A DNA stretch of 64,000 bases from Selaginella moellendorffii (Eukaryota; Plantae; Lycopodiophyta). Below the pieces are notes generated by a model that did no database searches, had not been told where the DNA came from, and saw only the letters and a list, made by a program, of their open reading frames with translations. Location: NCBI RefSeq assembly GCF_000143415.4, contig NW_003314420.1, positions 41,279 through 105,278 of the forward strand, read 5' to 3'. The translations under genes and the position numbers were made by a program. Shown here piece by piece: positions 38,400 to 51,877 of this stretch (within the stretch, counting starts at the first letter, position 1; each line of letters begins with the position of its first letter).

Positions 38400-40330
38400 A
38401 GTGTAGGACCAGGCTAATCCCACACAAAAACAAAATCAAAGTCATATACCTTCACACATCTTCAGATGGATAAGTGGACTTTTTCGCAGCAGGAGAGGCT
38501 AAATTGACTGCCATTACAAACTGGTATCATGTTAATGAACCTTGTCTCGAGGCTAATAGTTACCAGTGAGATCCTAGACCGAGCAAGATAGGCCTTCACA
38601 AACAAAACTTGGATACTTTATATTCTAAGGGGACTGTATTTGCAACTGCTCAGCATCATCTGTTCAGAATTGGATGAAAAATGGCGGCGCACATATGCTA
38701 AAACAATAGAATTTGAAAGGAAACCTGGCCCATGGCAGCCATAATTAGACTGTCCCGGCAAGCAGGGGAATCCCTCCTCCACAATGTTGAAATTCATCTG
38801 CGCACTGCAACGTTTCCCCGTAAAGAAGGGACTCAACACGCTTCTTTCTAGAGTTAACCACCTGAAATAACGAAATGAATGCCATAAAACGGCAGTCCCA
38901 CCAAACCTTTCTTTGAAGCTTTTCTCCCTGTGGTCTTGGAGGAAGTGTTTATATATATGTATTACTTTCAGTACATGAACCCACATGGAGAATAGTCCAT
39001 CCGAATGTTACCACCTAAGAAAAAAGTGAGTTAGTGTGGGTGAAATTCGGGAATTAATTCAGCCAAAACCTGTGTCAAGCTCCACCTTGAGGCAGTGTAT
39101 TGTGCTCTACAGCATTGTCTCTTAATATATCCAGGCATGCCATTACGTGCAATATTAACCATGGATTTGGAATGATGACCAATCTTATCTTCTGGATTGC
39201 ACAAGTCCCACCAATGATGTCTTAATAGACCTGACAACTTCTTGAAACCTGTGTGCCTTCTTCATTCTGCCTCAGAGCAAGTGTTCTATGAGGAATAGTG
39301 GCTTTTCTCATGTAGGAAAGAAATTACTTACTATCGAAGACTTCTCACACGCCTTGACTCACATTTCACAGTCAGAGATGCAATATTCTCCCTATGGTGC
39401 TGCAAAGACTTTATGCACGTATTCTCTTCCTGGTATAAGTAGAATAGCAAGCCTCTATCGTATCCTGCGAATCAAGCATAATTAGCTTTTGCATACAGAG
39501 AAGATATAAGTGTGCATGTAAATAACGTTTAAAAAGTAAAAAAAATGTAATATAACTATGAAGTTTTGGTCGGTGAAACGTAAATCCCTTTAAAACTTTA
39601 GCCTAGTCAAGTTCCCAATCTCCTGCCGTTGTTTTCATTTAACGTAAACATTTGGATGACTAACCTTATATAATCCTATCCCAGTGCTTGTGTTCCAAAT
39701 TTACAATATCTCCAAGGTGACTTATGGCGTTGCATATTTTCAAGCCCATCCACATTTAATCTGGCTGTTATCGAGCCAATAATTGACTGATTTGGCTTCT
39801 TTCAAGATGTATCGTTTCAAAAAATTCTCAACCTCTGAATGTGATTATCATGAAGTCGAAGGACGTCCCAAATATGAAGCCCATGGATTCCCCCAAGTTT
39901 TTTGAACCAGGGAAAGTGAGACAAGGTTTTGAAAGAAAGACATGCAGCAAATTCGAGGGAGGTTATGCATAAACATTTCGACACTTTCGATAGTCCCTGG
40001 ACGAAATACCAATTGTTCCGAATCAAAAAGAGCGGCCAAGTTTACACCTTGGCAACTCGTCTGGAGAAACCATTCGCAGAATCTGCTTTAAGTCTCCCCG
40101 GTCCACAAGCAATAGTTTCACAGCAGCTTGAATTATTTTTTGAGCATGGCAAACCTAATTTACCCTGTAAATGGAAGTCCTCTCCTAATGGGTGAGCTTT
40201 GTTGAGAGGCAAAGCTTCAAATCAAAGATACAGAGAGTTCCCGCGTGTAGAACTGACTATAGTGCACCGATCGAGGGATAACTTTGTGAGCGAATAATCT
40301 ACAGACAGAGCAAGAACGTAAACTGCCGAG
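38400..40330 (-). pseudogene. LRRC9: LRRC9-like leucine-rich repeat protein remnant
   Basis: VEMFMHNLPRICCMSFFQNLVSLSLVQ resembles the LRRC9 N-terminal LRR; LHDNHIQRL; IVEEGFP...FLSNSI resembles its middle region; frameshifted and deleted. Confidence 0.55.
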
Positions 40331-40699
40331 AAAATTAGGGTAAGTGGAACAAGCCATGGTACAGAAATGGCACAGGCAGAGAAAACTTGACGTCCCAGAA
40401 AAAGAATGTCCCTCATCATGGAGCTCTGCAGAACGGGTATACGATTTAATGGGCACGATTTTGGAGACACGTGGTTTACAGTGTTTGTAGAGAGCTGAGG
40501 AAGCTTTTTGCATCTTAGAATCGACAATCCAGATGGTAGAATGCGATCCACGAACATTTGGGCCTCGTTCTCTCCAGGTACGTCTGATAAAAGCTATATA
40601 AGTTCTGCACCCAGTCGGTTTTCCCCGAAAGGTATTACGGGACAAATTGCTCAGCGCATTCAGCAATGTGCGTCGATTTCATTTGCAGGTTTGTTTTCA

Positions 40700-42146
40700 T
40701 GCCACACATTGTTTGGAACGTGTTATCTTACCTTAAGCAGTTATGTGAGTTGAAGCGAGCAAGTCAAAAAGGTCAGGTAAGTTAAGCTATACACAATATT
40801 TTCTTCAAAACATTAAGCTGTTTTTATTTCTGTAGGAAAAAGCTGGAACAGAGAGGAAAGATGCTGATAGTTATCAGGAGGTAATTTAATTATTCTGAAG
40901 TTTCTTGATGTAGTTGTTATGATGATGTTTTAGCTCTCAGAGAGCGAAAGACGGGAAGCAGAAACCGCAAGATCTTACATAGATCTAACTAGGTTATCTT
41001 GCAATGGTTACTGTGTCAATCTCATCTTTTGAAGAGCAGAGACGAAAATCTGAAGTTGAAAGAAGATCTTCAAGCTCTGGCAATGGACAACAGGGCTAAA
41101 GCTCTGGCTCTTGCCACAGCGCAAGAAAGTTGTACTTGCGCTTTAGAACAAGTGAAAAAGCACAAGGAGGTAAGCTATATTAGAATAGTATCAGTATTTG
41201 ATATTACATTACAGGTGATTGCCCGAACGACGGCTGACAATATGCTATTTCTCATGAAGGTTGTTGTTTTTAATGTTGCATATGACAGACGTCATTCCTA
41301 TTTATACAGCTCAAGCAATCTGAGGAAGATTTGCGAAGCACAAAAGCAAAACATGAAGACCTTCAGAAGCAGGTGTATTCTCTATGTTGCTTTTGTTTAC
41401 CATTCGACTCGCAGTTTGATTTTTACAGGAGCACATGGTTAGAGGAAGCTTCTGCTGAGATCGAAGATGCTGTTAGGAACAGTTTGGACAAGGTTTAACT
41501 CAACTTATTTTCATGCATGCTAAGTGGCTCCAATGTGGACGTGTAGGCACAGGCCTGTGAAATTGAGGTCCAGAAATTGCACAGGCAGCAAGAGATTCGA
41601 ATGCAAGAATGTGAGAACAAACTACAGGATTTGACAAACACTGTGAGCACTATCAGTGCTGCAAAACAACACCTCGAGGACAGGTTCAGCTGTTAAAGTG
41701 GATGTCTGTTGAAAGATTTCCTTTGCACACAGGGTCAAATTTTTTGAAGAGGAGAAAAGAATCTTTTCTAAGACATTAGAACAAGAATCATCTGAGAAAC
41801 ACCATATTCGAATCCAAAATCAAAGTCTTATGAGCACCATTGACAGGTGCAACCAAGAGGTAAAAGACAGGCTTTAAGCAGTTCAAAAGTCATCTGAATT
41901 CTCTCAGCTTGCGGTAATGACAGAAAAACATCAAAATCTTTTAGAAGAACTAAAGGTTGGTTTTAGTCTCCTCATATAATAATTTCATCAAATCAACAGG
42001 TGGCTACAGCAGACTTGGAGGGAAGAAAGAACAAGGAAAACGAGTTGTTCCAAGATTTGGAGTCAATTACTGATCAGCTTGAAACTCAACGAGTAATGAA
42101 CTTGTCCCTCATGAAGAAGAAGGAGGAGGTAGAACTGTTCCTTATG
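40700..42146 (+). CDS. Multi-exon coiled-coil protein gene (partial, ends in a gap; may be a pseudogene)
   Basis: Heptad-rich exons (ENLKLKEDLQALAMDNRAK, LEEASAEIEDAVRNSLDK, LESITDQLETQRVMNLSL) separated by ~45-60 bp GT-AG introns. Confidence 0.55.
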
Positions 42147-42253
42147 NNNNNNNNNNNNNNNNNNNNNNNNNNNNNNNNNNNNNNNNNNNNNNNNNNNNNN
42201 NNNNNNNNNNNNNNNNNNNNNNNNNNNNNNNNNNNNNNNNNNNNNNNNNNNNN

Positions 42254-42900
42254 CACATGATACCATCGTGGAGAATCAGAACTTGTAAGAATCTCATGAG
42301 AACTGAGTTTTGTCAACCACATGTTGTATCACCCTTTTACTAAACCGGCCATAGTCTATTCTCTCTCGCCTTTTGATGGGTGGCTTGGACTCTAACTCAA
42401 ATCATCCTGGTGGCTATCATTTTGTGGTCCTGGTCCAAGGATTCAGCTGTCCCAACACTCCCCCCACCCCCCCAGCCCTTTATGCCCAAGCTAGCATTTT
42501 CCTCAGATAAAATTTTGATTTGTCTAGTCACTTGGTGAGAATGTCTGCTAATATGCCTTACATCGAAGGTGCAGTTATCTCCTTGCAATGTGATCCCGGA
42601 TCATGTTCCTAAATGTGCCTAGTAGTCCCATGGGGAACTGGATTGTGAGCTAGCTGGACATAAGGTGTCCGAGTTGGCACTTGCTGTGTCTCTCCTTGGT
42701 CCTCAAGAAGCCTTCTAGGCCAAAGAGCTTTTGTAGTAGCAGCCACGGCCATATATTCTGTTTCACAAGTTAAAGTAGCCAACATTGGTTGTTTCTTGCT
42801 GCTCCAATTCATGACTCCTCTAAGCAATTTACAACACCAGTTCAAGATTTCCTGTCCTCCTTGTCACCCAAGTAATCAGCATAAGAAACCCAGTTATTTA
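42254..42900 (-). mobile_element. Ty1/Copia 3' remnant: RNase H, PPT and start of 3' LTR
   Basis: NWSSKKQPMLATLTCETEYMA, LAHNPVPHGTTRHI; G-rich PPT 42458-42473 followed by TGTTGG. Confidence 0.82.
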
Positions 42901-42989
42901 TTCCTAGAGTGGTTTATTATCTTGTATCAAGGTTCTTTATCTTTATTTCCCAAGGTTACTCCAGATGCCTTCCAGATTGGAATATCCAT

Positions 42990-43500
42990 GTGAAACACTC
43001 TAAAAATGGTTTGAGTATTGTTGTTGTTTCAGTTGACGACTAGTAATTAAAAGAAATTAAAGTAGCATTGGATAAGGAATTCAACATGACCGATCTTGGC
43101 AACTTGAACTTTGTCTTGGTATGTATGTCTCAGTTACACGTGATAGGCTCAAACAAAAAAAATTCCTCTATCAACACAAGTTACTTACTCCTGTACACTC
43201 CAACAGCAACACCAGCATCAATGGCACTACATCAGCAACTAGGCTGTCACATGATGTCCAGTGCCAGGAGAGAGGAGAAATGATTGACAAGCCATTTCAC
43301 AGTCTAGTTGGGATTATCCACCATTGGCAGGAGTGATATAGTAGCTAGCATGATATCCGTGAGCCACTTTATGCAAACCCTGGCTTGGGGCACTGACATG
43401 CAGCTTTAAGGATCCTAAGCTACTTAGTAGAAACATAAACATGGGGGTTTTCTGATGCTGATTATTACTAAGATTCTTGAAGATAAATATACTGCCTTTA
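42990..43500 (+). mobile_element. Ty1/Copia reverse transcriptase remnant in opposite orientation
   Basis: VDD, LDKEFNMTDLGNLNFVL, FHSLVG, L.YL motifs. Confidence 0.65.
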
Positions 43501-43851
43501 ACACTCATATATACTTGAGCAAAGTGGTTACCATGCTATGGGCTATGAAGTAGCACTAGCATCAATTGTGGCAATGGAGGCACTATGAACTAGCACTAGC
43601 ATCAATTGTGGCAATGGAGGCAGACAAAGTCCTGGACATGGAGCTAGATGCTACTAGAAGACAACTACTACAGCCCTCCTCTCAGGGGAGTAGGTTTTTG
43701 ATACGTTGGTGGGTGCAGTGCCCTAATTTTTGTACTAGTCCCTAAGGGACATTGGGAATGTACATATATGTTATATTAAAATATGAAATATACCATTTAT
43801 AATTTGCTTATGCACTGGTCTTGGACGATTCTCAAGTGGTACTTGGTTAAC

Positions 43852-44400
43852 TGTTACAATCCAGCTCAAAGAAACAAAGATCTAGTCTTCCTAGACTACA
43901 CTACACCTTCTCTTGAGGTTCCTCACCACCCAACCACCCCCAAGTTACCTCAAAAGCTCCACTACACTGCCACTCCACTATGAGCCCTAGGGTAGGATAA
44001 ATCCCTTATATGCCTTAATATACCCTTGAGCCTCCCTTTGACCAATGGTGACCATGTGGTCAAAGTTGGTGCCTAATAATTCTTTCCCCCCCAACAAAGT
44101 CCTTGTCCTAAGGATGAGTTGTGCTAGTGATCACCCTTTTTAGGGAACTTGCTCAAGCTTTTGGTCCATCTTCTACAGCCATATACATCAAAAAGGCATT
44201 GGGCCTATCACTCCAAGATAGTACACCTTTCAACTGGCTGACATGAAATACTAGATGAATTTTCACTGTAGCTGGCAGCCACACCTAATAAGCCACTTTA
44301 CTAGTGCGCGCTCCAGCACTTCATATAGACTAGCATATCAATGAGAAAGTTTGTCACTCTTCCCTATCCGTAAAGGTATGCCACTCACTTGATAGAAAGA
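43852..44400 (-). mobile_element. Gypsy 3' end: integrase C-terminal remnant, PPT and 3' LTR of family B (43852-44078)
   Basis: YEVLER...AY..LPATVKIHLVFHVSQLKG; PPT GGGGGGGAAAGAAT at about 44079-44092; LTR ends GTAACA. Confidence 0.8.
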
Positions 44401-44424
44401 TCACTCATTATTCCATCACTATTC

Positions 44425-46542
44425 CGGACTTGGGGCTTACTAGCCCTAAGAATAGCATCCATGCCACTCAACCTTTGCACTTGGTCCAAGTGCTCCATAT
44501 GTTCAATCCTTTGACCGACACCTAAAGGTACCACCGACATATCAACCCGTTATGCTAAAGCCATACCCATTCACCTTTGTTACACTAGTGGTCTAACACC
44601 ACCTACATCACAGTCTTGTCTCTCAAAGACTGGGCTATCTGTCCATGAGTGATCATCCTAGAGCCACTCCTTAGCATCCTTAAGATGCTTGCAGACATGG
44701 GGAACAGCCTTCCTCAATATCCCTTCTACAGTCCTCACCAAGTTCCTTTTCTGTTTATAGCCATGTTCACTAACACTGTCACTAGATCAAAGCCCATAGG
44801 CCCGACCACTAAGTCCTATTGTCCTTTGGGACTTCTTCACCATATAATCGTATCCGTGGTCACTACACTAGAGGATTGCTCTTCTTCCTTTCCATAGTCT
44901 GGGACTTTATGACAACATTTTGGAACATTGTAGCCCTACGTGAGCCTCATGGGTACTCTCCCCACCTTCCACCTTTGGGTGCTCTAGCCATGGGGCTAGA
45001 GCGAGGTTCCATTGAGCCACACCAAGTATCCAAGTAGGTAGTGCCACCCACGCTTGGACTGGGAGCATTGATTATTCGATCTTCTAAGGGAACTAGAGCT
45101 AGCTTTTGAACACTTCACTAAGCTACCCCACTTGTCAATCCATATTCACTCTAGACTTAGACTCGTCAATGGATATATCATCACCCAACACGTGCATGTG
45201 GGCATAGCCTTCCAAAGTTACACTGGCCTTTCTTGGCCAAACTAACTCCACTGGGGTCCAACACCCACACTCTCCCTACTATATGCTTGGAACCCCCCTA
45301 CAACCCCCCCCCCCCCCCCCCCCCGGGAAGAACATGAAGCATTCACCCAACAACTTGAATTAAAGAATTAATATTCGGGGTTGCACTTGGACTTGCACTC
45401 ACACTCGCACTCACACTCGGACTCAAAATTGGTCTTGGGCTCCACCTCAATTTTGGACCCAGACTCGGTCTTGGACACAGTCTTAGTCCCGGGCTTTGGT
45501 TCCATCTCGGAATCCAGAATCCATCTAAAGTCTATCTCGAGGCCCTCCTGGACTCCATTTCGGACTCCCTCTTAGAACCCATCTCGGGGTCCTTTCTGAA
45601 TCCATCTTGGACTCCATCCTCGGGCCATCTTGAACTCCCTCTCGGAATTTGTCTCAAATTCNNNNNNNNNNNNNNNNNNNNNNNNNNNNNNNNNNNNNNN
45701 NNNNNNNNNNNNNNNNNNNNNNNNNNNNNNNNNNNNNNNNNNNNNNNNNNNNNNNNNNNNNTCATCTTCCACTCGCCGATAATCGTTGACACTTCCATGT
45801 GTCATGTATTAGTCCTCTTGTGTCCCTTTTCTAGAGACTCACTTACTACTTACTTCATGCTTATTCCTTGAGCACTTTGTTTGGAGTTCCACTCCCACTC
45901 TCGATTGTCCAAGTCAAAGCTTTTAGTCCAAATATGTTACTCTCGTTTGGCTTTTGCTTCGGCCACTAGGCAACCTTTGGCTCCACTTTTGGGGCTTTTG
46001 GCTTTGTGTTTCACAAGTTCACCACCCATAGACGAAGTTTCATTGAACAATAAACCATTTTATAAAGTAACCCCATTATGGATTACTATTTTTCATCCTT
46101 GGCACTCAACCAATATTCATCAATAGTTTGACACTAAAGGCTTATTATGCCTTGCCCATCCTCTAAGAAGCATAATCTCTCCAACTTAGAGACTCATTAA
46201 ACCACTTACAGTTATTCTCTTCCTTTATTTGATTTAGTTTTTGTTAAACCCATTAGAGACACCTTCTTTATCTCAATCTCACTACTCTTTCCCAAGTAGT
46301 CTTATCTTCTATCAATATAGCCACTGCACTTTAGAACTTTTATTTTGACTTCTCAAGTCAGTTTCTTGGGTGTCTCTAACACCTTACATTGCACATTTGG
46401 TGCAAACTTCACTTCCCTATCCTAGAAAGTTTTTTATGTGAGGGCACCATCATCCTCTCTTCTATTTCATGTTACACTTGGCACTAAGTTCCATGTATCC
46501 ATAATTTATGCTAGAGCTATCTATAATCTTATCATTTGGCGA
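44425..46542 (-). mobile_element. Family A 3' internal region and 3' LTR (44425-46015), displaced by inversion
   Basis: Aligns with 23725-25506; 46478-46540 aligns with 16-78. Confidence 0.8.
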
Positions 46543-46934
46543 ATCATGCAGTGATACAGTGTACATTCTACTGACCACCTTGAATGCACGTTGGCGTGGT
46601 GTCCACTTTCTATTTCTTGAATTCCATGTATACCACTGAGAAATCTCGTGGTACAAAAGTGTCCTTGCAAATTCATCAATCTTGTTTAGTTCAAACCATT
46701 CTGTCACTTTGGTTTTATGGCCTCTTTGTAATGCAATGTCTTCCTCACCATCATTGAAATAAATATTTTGAAGGTTTTCCAGGTGGATGTCCAGTCTCTC
46801 AATAGAATGTGATCTCCCATGTAAGTCATATCCATAGATCCTCTATATTCCTTTTGATGCAGAGACATAGCAGCAGTTTCTAAAAGCCTCTATTTCATCC
46901 CAGTCTAGTACTTGTTCAGGTGTTGAGTTCTCAT
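46543..46934 (-). pseudogene. Helitron Rep C-terminal fragment
   Basis: DEIEAFRNCCYVSAS, ERLDIHLE, VTEWFELN, LLYHEI..YTWN...WTPRQR, SRMYTVS. Confidence 0.88.
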
Positions 46935-47653
46935 ATGCTCTATTTCATTAAAGTGGGATTTATTCAGTAAAATGGGACTAGGTACAAATTTTCAAGTATT
47001 TGAAAATGACGTGAAATTATATGTTTTTTGTCCAGGGGCTAGACATATCTGGGGCATGGTGACTAGCGCGGTGACTTTGTGTCCAGACTGAGTCCATCTA
47101 GTTGTATAATAAATCTCATTGTCAAGGTGAACAAGCCGAATATGAAGCTAAAGAAGAGCGATGGCATGCGCGCACACACTATTTGTTTGTTCATTGAGCG
47201 TGTGGTGAGCTTTCCAAGATGAACGTCATTCCTATTAGCCAAACATATAACTTAATGGTGAGAACATTTAGATATTATTCAATGTTATCTTTTTCTAACG
47301 AATCTAATTGTGAAGGTGTAGAAAGAGGCATTGCTAGTCTGGAGAAGTCATTTAACTCATTTGACCCTTAGTGTATTTTCATGAAACTAAATAACATTCA
47401 TATTATTAAGGAATTTCTCTAGTACCTTTTTTTTACGACATAGAGGCTTGCATTTCTTTCAAAGGTGATTTAGTCAAAGGCCTGAGGGCACATGCCATTC
47501 TATTTCTCAGACCGGTATTAAGATATACTAGTGCAAAGGGAAAAAGGTATTTGGTGATCAAGTAAATGGCATGAGGGCACACGCCATTATAAGCCTAAGC
47601 GCTAGTGGACACCTCCTTTTTGGTGTCACGCCTCACGCTATCACGCCATGCCA

Positions 47654-50552
47654 TCACGCCTCCTCTGATTCAGATTCGGATTGTTCACCTTGAAATAAAA
47701 TACATTAGAAACTTAGTAAAGGAATATTAATGAATCTCACCTTGAACCCGGGTTATGAATGCTCTTGCTGCATCTCTTGCATGGTCTGGCAAGGTGATGG
47801 TGGCACTCTGCTTCCGCATCCAACCATGCACAACATTATCCACCGATATGCTCATGCTGGGATCCCTTGGATTCAGCACCCATCTCTTTTCTAGGCAATC
47901 CTTCGTATATCCGGAACTTGGCTTGAACCACTCCACAGTTACATTGAAGGAGTTAGTTTCCGCGTCCTCCTCTGCATTAGTGATGCAGCGCCCCACCCAT
48001 ATCATTTGTTTTTTATTACTGGGTCTGACAAGCACGACCATTCCTTTGCAGACCTGTACTGGATTGAATGCTGAATCCGGCTTCTTGTTCCTCGGCCCAC
48101 AATAGTGATCCTCAACATCGTTATCTATCACTGCATTTCCAGAGGACATTGTTCCGCTACTATCTGGTGCTCTAGGTTCTGGCCAAAAGGACTCTTCCAA
48201 TTCTTCATATACAACCGGCCCATTTTGGATAGTAGATATAATCTTCTCCCAGTATTCGAGCAAAAGCTTGCACCTCTTAAAATAGGATTCTCCACCAAAC
48301 ACCAACCCCCTCTTCCAGAAGGCAATATGCTGTCTAATCCCGACCACTATACTTTCCTAGTCTTTGAGTCCATCCGGGTGCATCGGCCGTGGGGAACCCT
48401 GAGGAATCATAGGTTCCCCAGTTATGGGATCTCTCTTGAAGAGTTCAATGCCGTCCACTGGCAACCACACTGTGTCCCATTCTCTCATCTTGTACCTCAT
48501 CACTGGAGCACCGTCACGCATGCTGAAATGAAACTGAAGAGGCTTGGAGTGGCCAATCAGCGTTTCGGATCCGTCCCTGATGTAGCCTCTTACAAACCCC
48601 TTAAATTCTGGAACCTTTGTCACAAGTGCAGCTTCAATAGTGCCTTTGATGCAATTTTGGAATTCATCGTAGAGTTGTGGGAGGGTGAGGACATTGGATC
48701 GCCGGAGGGACTTTGCCAGGTGACTGAACATGGCATCGACGTCTTCATGAGTGTGCCCAACCATGAGAAAGCCAAGTGTAATCGTTTAAAATATGCCTTT
48801 GGCAACAAGCATCACCAAGTATGCGAAGACGTACATGTTTTTATTCTCATTGCCAGCATTGCCTGTTTGGAGCAGAAGATGGGGTGAAAGGCCACATCAG
48901 CCGCAAGAACTTCCTTGAGATTTTGCTTCGTTTGGATGAGGCTGTGCATTCACCGGGTGACCAGCCTCGTCGGAATGGTATGAGGCCTCACGTGATAACT
49001 CTACAATCTGACGGCCAACATATTCACTGGGATGGCATGGGGCCCCACGCGATACTGCAAGCCTTTGCTCCTCCTCCAGCTGAACCCTGTATGGGGTTCG
49101 ATCGACAAGGGCCTTATGCAAGGGTTGGCCGTTCAGCTCAGTCTGCACACTTTGCAAAGACCTTAAGTGTTTTCCTAGGGACGCAATCATCATGTTTGCA
49201 CCCCCGCCACCCCATAGAGGTACAAAGAAGTTCCCATAGTTCTGGGCACCATGCCCATGAGCGATTATGCCAAACAGAGACACAGGCAGCTGCATGGATG
49301 AAGAGATTGCCTTGGGGGCAGGATTGAGTCGAGGTAAGCACGTCTTTTTCTGGTCCATTTTGTCGTGGATGATGTAGAGGTAAGAGCTAGGTCTCTCCAT
49401 GGAGAGAATCCTGTTATGATAATATGCAGTTTTGCAGCTTCTCTGCTCGATGTTATGGTCGAGCCGCCTTTTAACCAACGTCTCTCGCTCTTGAGCGATA
49501 CAAGAATTCTTCGACAAAGCCATTTTGATAGTAGTGCACTCGTCACACTTTGAAAAGCTGGAGTACTTTCCTATACTCACATCCTTGAACCTATTGCTCC
49601 ACAATCTACTAAATCAAGATTGGCTCAGCTTCCTATAGCCATTACTCTGGAGTTCCCGATTCACATCTTCCAATATGGCCCCCTTGGTATACATGGAAGG
49701 AAGAACTCGTTGGGTGTCTCGAGTTCCATCTTCCAAGAGGCGGGTTTTATGTGGTTGCTGCTCGCTACATGTCTCGACAAACCTCTTGAAGATTGCCTCT
49801 TCATATACAACATGACCCCTAGTTTTGTGAGTACCGTCGTTCCCATGGACTGCCTATTGAACCCTTTGTTCCTCGAACTCAATTTTGATTCTGTACAATG
49901 TGGTTCGAGGGACTCCATAAATGATTCTCCATGCCTTCATGCAGACCAAACCCCTCTGGAAGACCATGCCCCCCACCTGATGTTCTGAAGCATCAACAGA
50001 TGACTGTAATGCCTCATACACAAAATTCCGAGCTGCCTTCCAGGACAATGTCTTGTATCTTGCTCTCTCCTCTTCAATAGCATCCCAATCAGCATGTTGA
50101 CATCACCTCCTCTTGCAATAAGCAACTGTCGAGACCATTCAAACCTCCATCGCCATTTTCTGCCTTTTCGGTTCGTTGCTCAAATCCCTTTGGCTGCGCT
50201 TTAGGAAGGTGTACTTTCTTTTCCCATGAAGAGATGTTCTGTCATCAGCTGTAGTGGTGTTTGATTGTGAATCCTTCACATTCTCAAACACTAAGTGCCT
50301 CAATTTCCACCGCACAATGCTTCCAATAGTCAAACTGTTTTCTTCTGTGTCAACAACCTCTAAAATCGCAACTCCAATATCATCCCAGCCCAATTCTTGA
50401 TTAGCAACCGCATCTCTTGGATCGACAACTGTGGCTAAGCCCTCAGCTACCACCTCCCCCTCGGGGTTGTTTAGAAACACTTTTGCCTGAATCCATGTAG
50501 CACGGTTCTTAAGATCCACGGAGGGAACATGCGTCGCACTTGCGGAGGCCAT
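47654..50552 (-). pseudogene. Sola1-like DDD transposase, one reading frame broken by about 7 point stops
   Basis: ORFs 50552, 50048, 49604, 48764 and 48347 share one frame; VCMKAWRIIYGVPRTTLY, FSKCDEC, IIHDKMDQ, LLQTGNAGNENKN, GFLMVGHTHEDVDAMFS; terminal intron 47689-47740. Confidence 0.78.
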
Positions 50553-50914
50553 TCTGAAAGTGCAGAAAAGAAGTTAAGACCATACAAAAAATGATTGGAG
50601 AATGGCCTAAATCATAATATACCAAACAACCTCAATAGCATGAGGCCATATGCCATTATTCAAACATAAACATGCTATTGACACCCACGTGAAATTTCGC
50701 ATTCACAAAATTGGCATGAGGCCTCATGCCATCTTGATATACACACAGCTGCAGGCAAGTAAAAACATACATGACAATGAAATGCCATAAAATTGCAAGG
50801 GCCCAAGATGGCATGTGGCCTCATGCCATTTCTAAATGTGGTCCTAAGCCATTCCATGGTGAACATACCAGGAAGCACAAGTGCCGAATATCAAGAGGAA
50901 GCAGTAGCCACACC

Positions 50915-51060
50915 AAAGACAGTGCCGCTCGCAACACCGCAACTACTCGTAGCGCCGCTCGCAACACCGCAACTGCTCGTAGTGCTGCTCGCACAAACTG
51001 CCACTCGCATAAACTGCCGCTCGCAATGGCGATCGCAATGCTGCAACCGCTCGTCGACGC
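50915..51060. repeat. ~30-bp CpG-rich tandem repeat in the transposase 5' region; a second CpG-rich repeat lies at 52555-52720
   Basis: GCCGCTCGCAACACCGCAACT.CTCGTAG repeated; CTCGCGCTCGCATCGCGCTC units upstream of the divergent gene. Confidence 0.75.
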
Positions 51061-51852
51061 ATAAACCACAGCTCACAACGCCGCTTACACAAGCAGCGCT
51101 CACTGCGCTCAGCGGAACCAAGAACACGGCGCACAAAAATGATAGACCTAGGAATGAGTTCGAGAATTCAAAAATAACACACGCTTGAACGTCACATCAA
51201 ATCCTCTGACAAACCAGATCTTATGATTCCTCTGACAAATTTCAAACTGAGTAGCTTCTAGACTTTGCTGTCGGAGGTTGAACTTTGTCACATCATGTCC
51301 TTGCCTCGATCCAGTTGTGCCATGTCAGTGATTCGAACTTTGCCATGCCATGTCAGCGATCCGCGCCAAGATTATTCACCATGTAAAGGAATAATTATGC
51401 TGTGTGTGTACGTCCATTTATGGCAATATAAGGCCACATGCCATTCAAAGAATAATGCTAGTCGAGCATTTTTTGGTGCATTTTTGGGTTTAAAATTGCA
51501 TAAGCCCACACGCTATAAAGTTTACCTGTACCAAAAATAGAAACAGCTTTATTTACTTGGGAATTTAAGTGGTTGAGGCATTTTTAAACTTACAAACACA
51601 TGCCCTACTTACATTCCTTTGGTTGCTTAAAATTCAAAAATATTATAAACCTTTCTTTTTGCATTTTCAATGTTTTCAATTATGGTTTTTGATTTTCGTA
51701 GGACCAGCCTAGTAATCTATTTGCATCCCGTCATGTTTATAGCTAGCTTTCGTTTGTCCCCTTCGCTAGCCTGAGATACATCTGCTTGGCATCTGCCTCT
51801 TACAGCATTTGCCCAGAAAGGGCATCTTTCTTCACGCAGCATTTGCCACATG

Positions 51853-51877
51853 TTTAGGGTTTAAGGTTTAGGGTTTA
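51853..51877. repeat. Short interstitial plant telomere-like repeat (TTTAGGG)
   Basis: TTTAGGGTTTAAGGTTTAGGGTTTA between the two divergent genes. Confidence 0.6.

Noticed and set aside
43543-43623. ~40-bp tandem duplication
   Set aside because: Simple local slippage in decayed retroelement sequence, like the 25-bp duplication at 25549-25598
48105-49327. Plus-strand ORFs of 260 aa and 168 aa
   Set aside because: Antisense shadows of the transposase with no recognisable motifs
51853-51877. Chromosome end or telomere fusion site
   Set aside because: Only about three imperfect units inside a transposon
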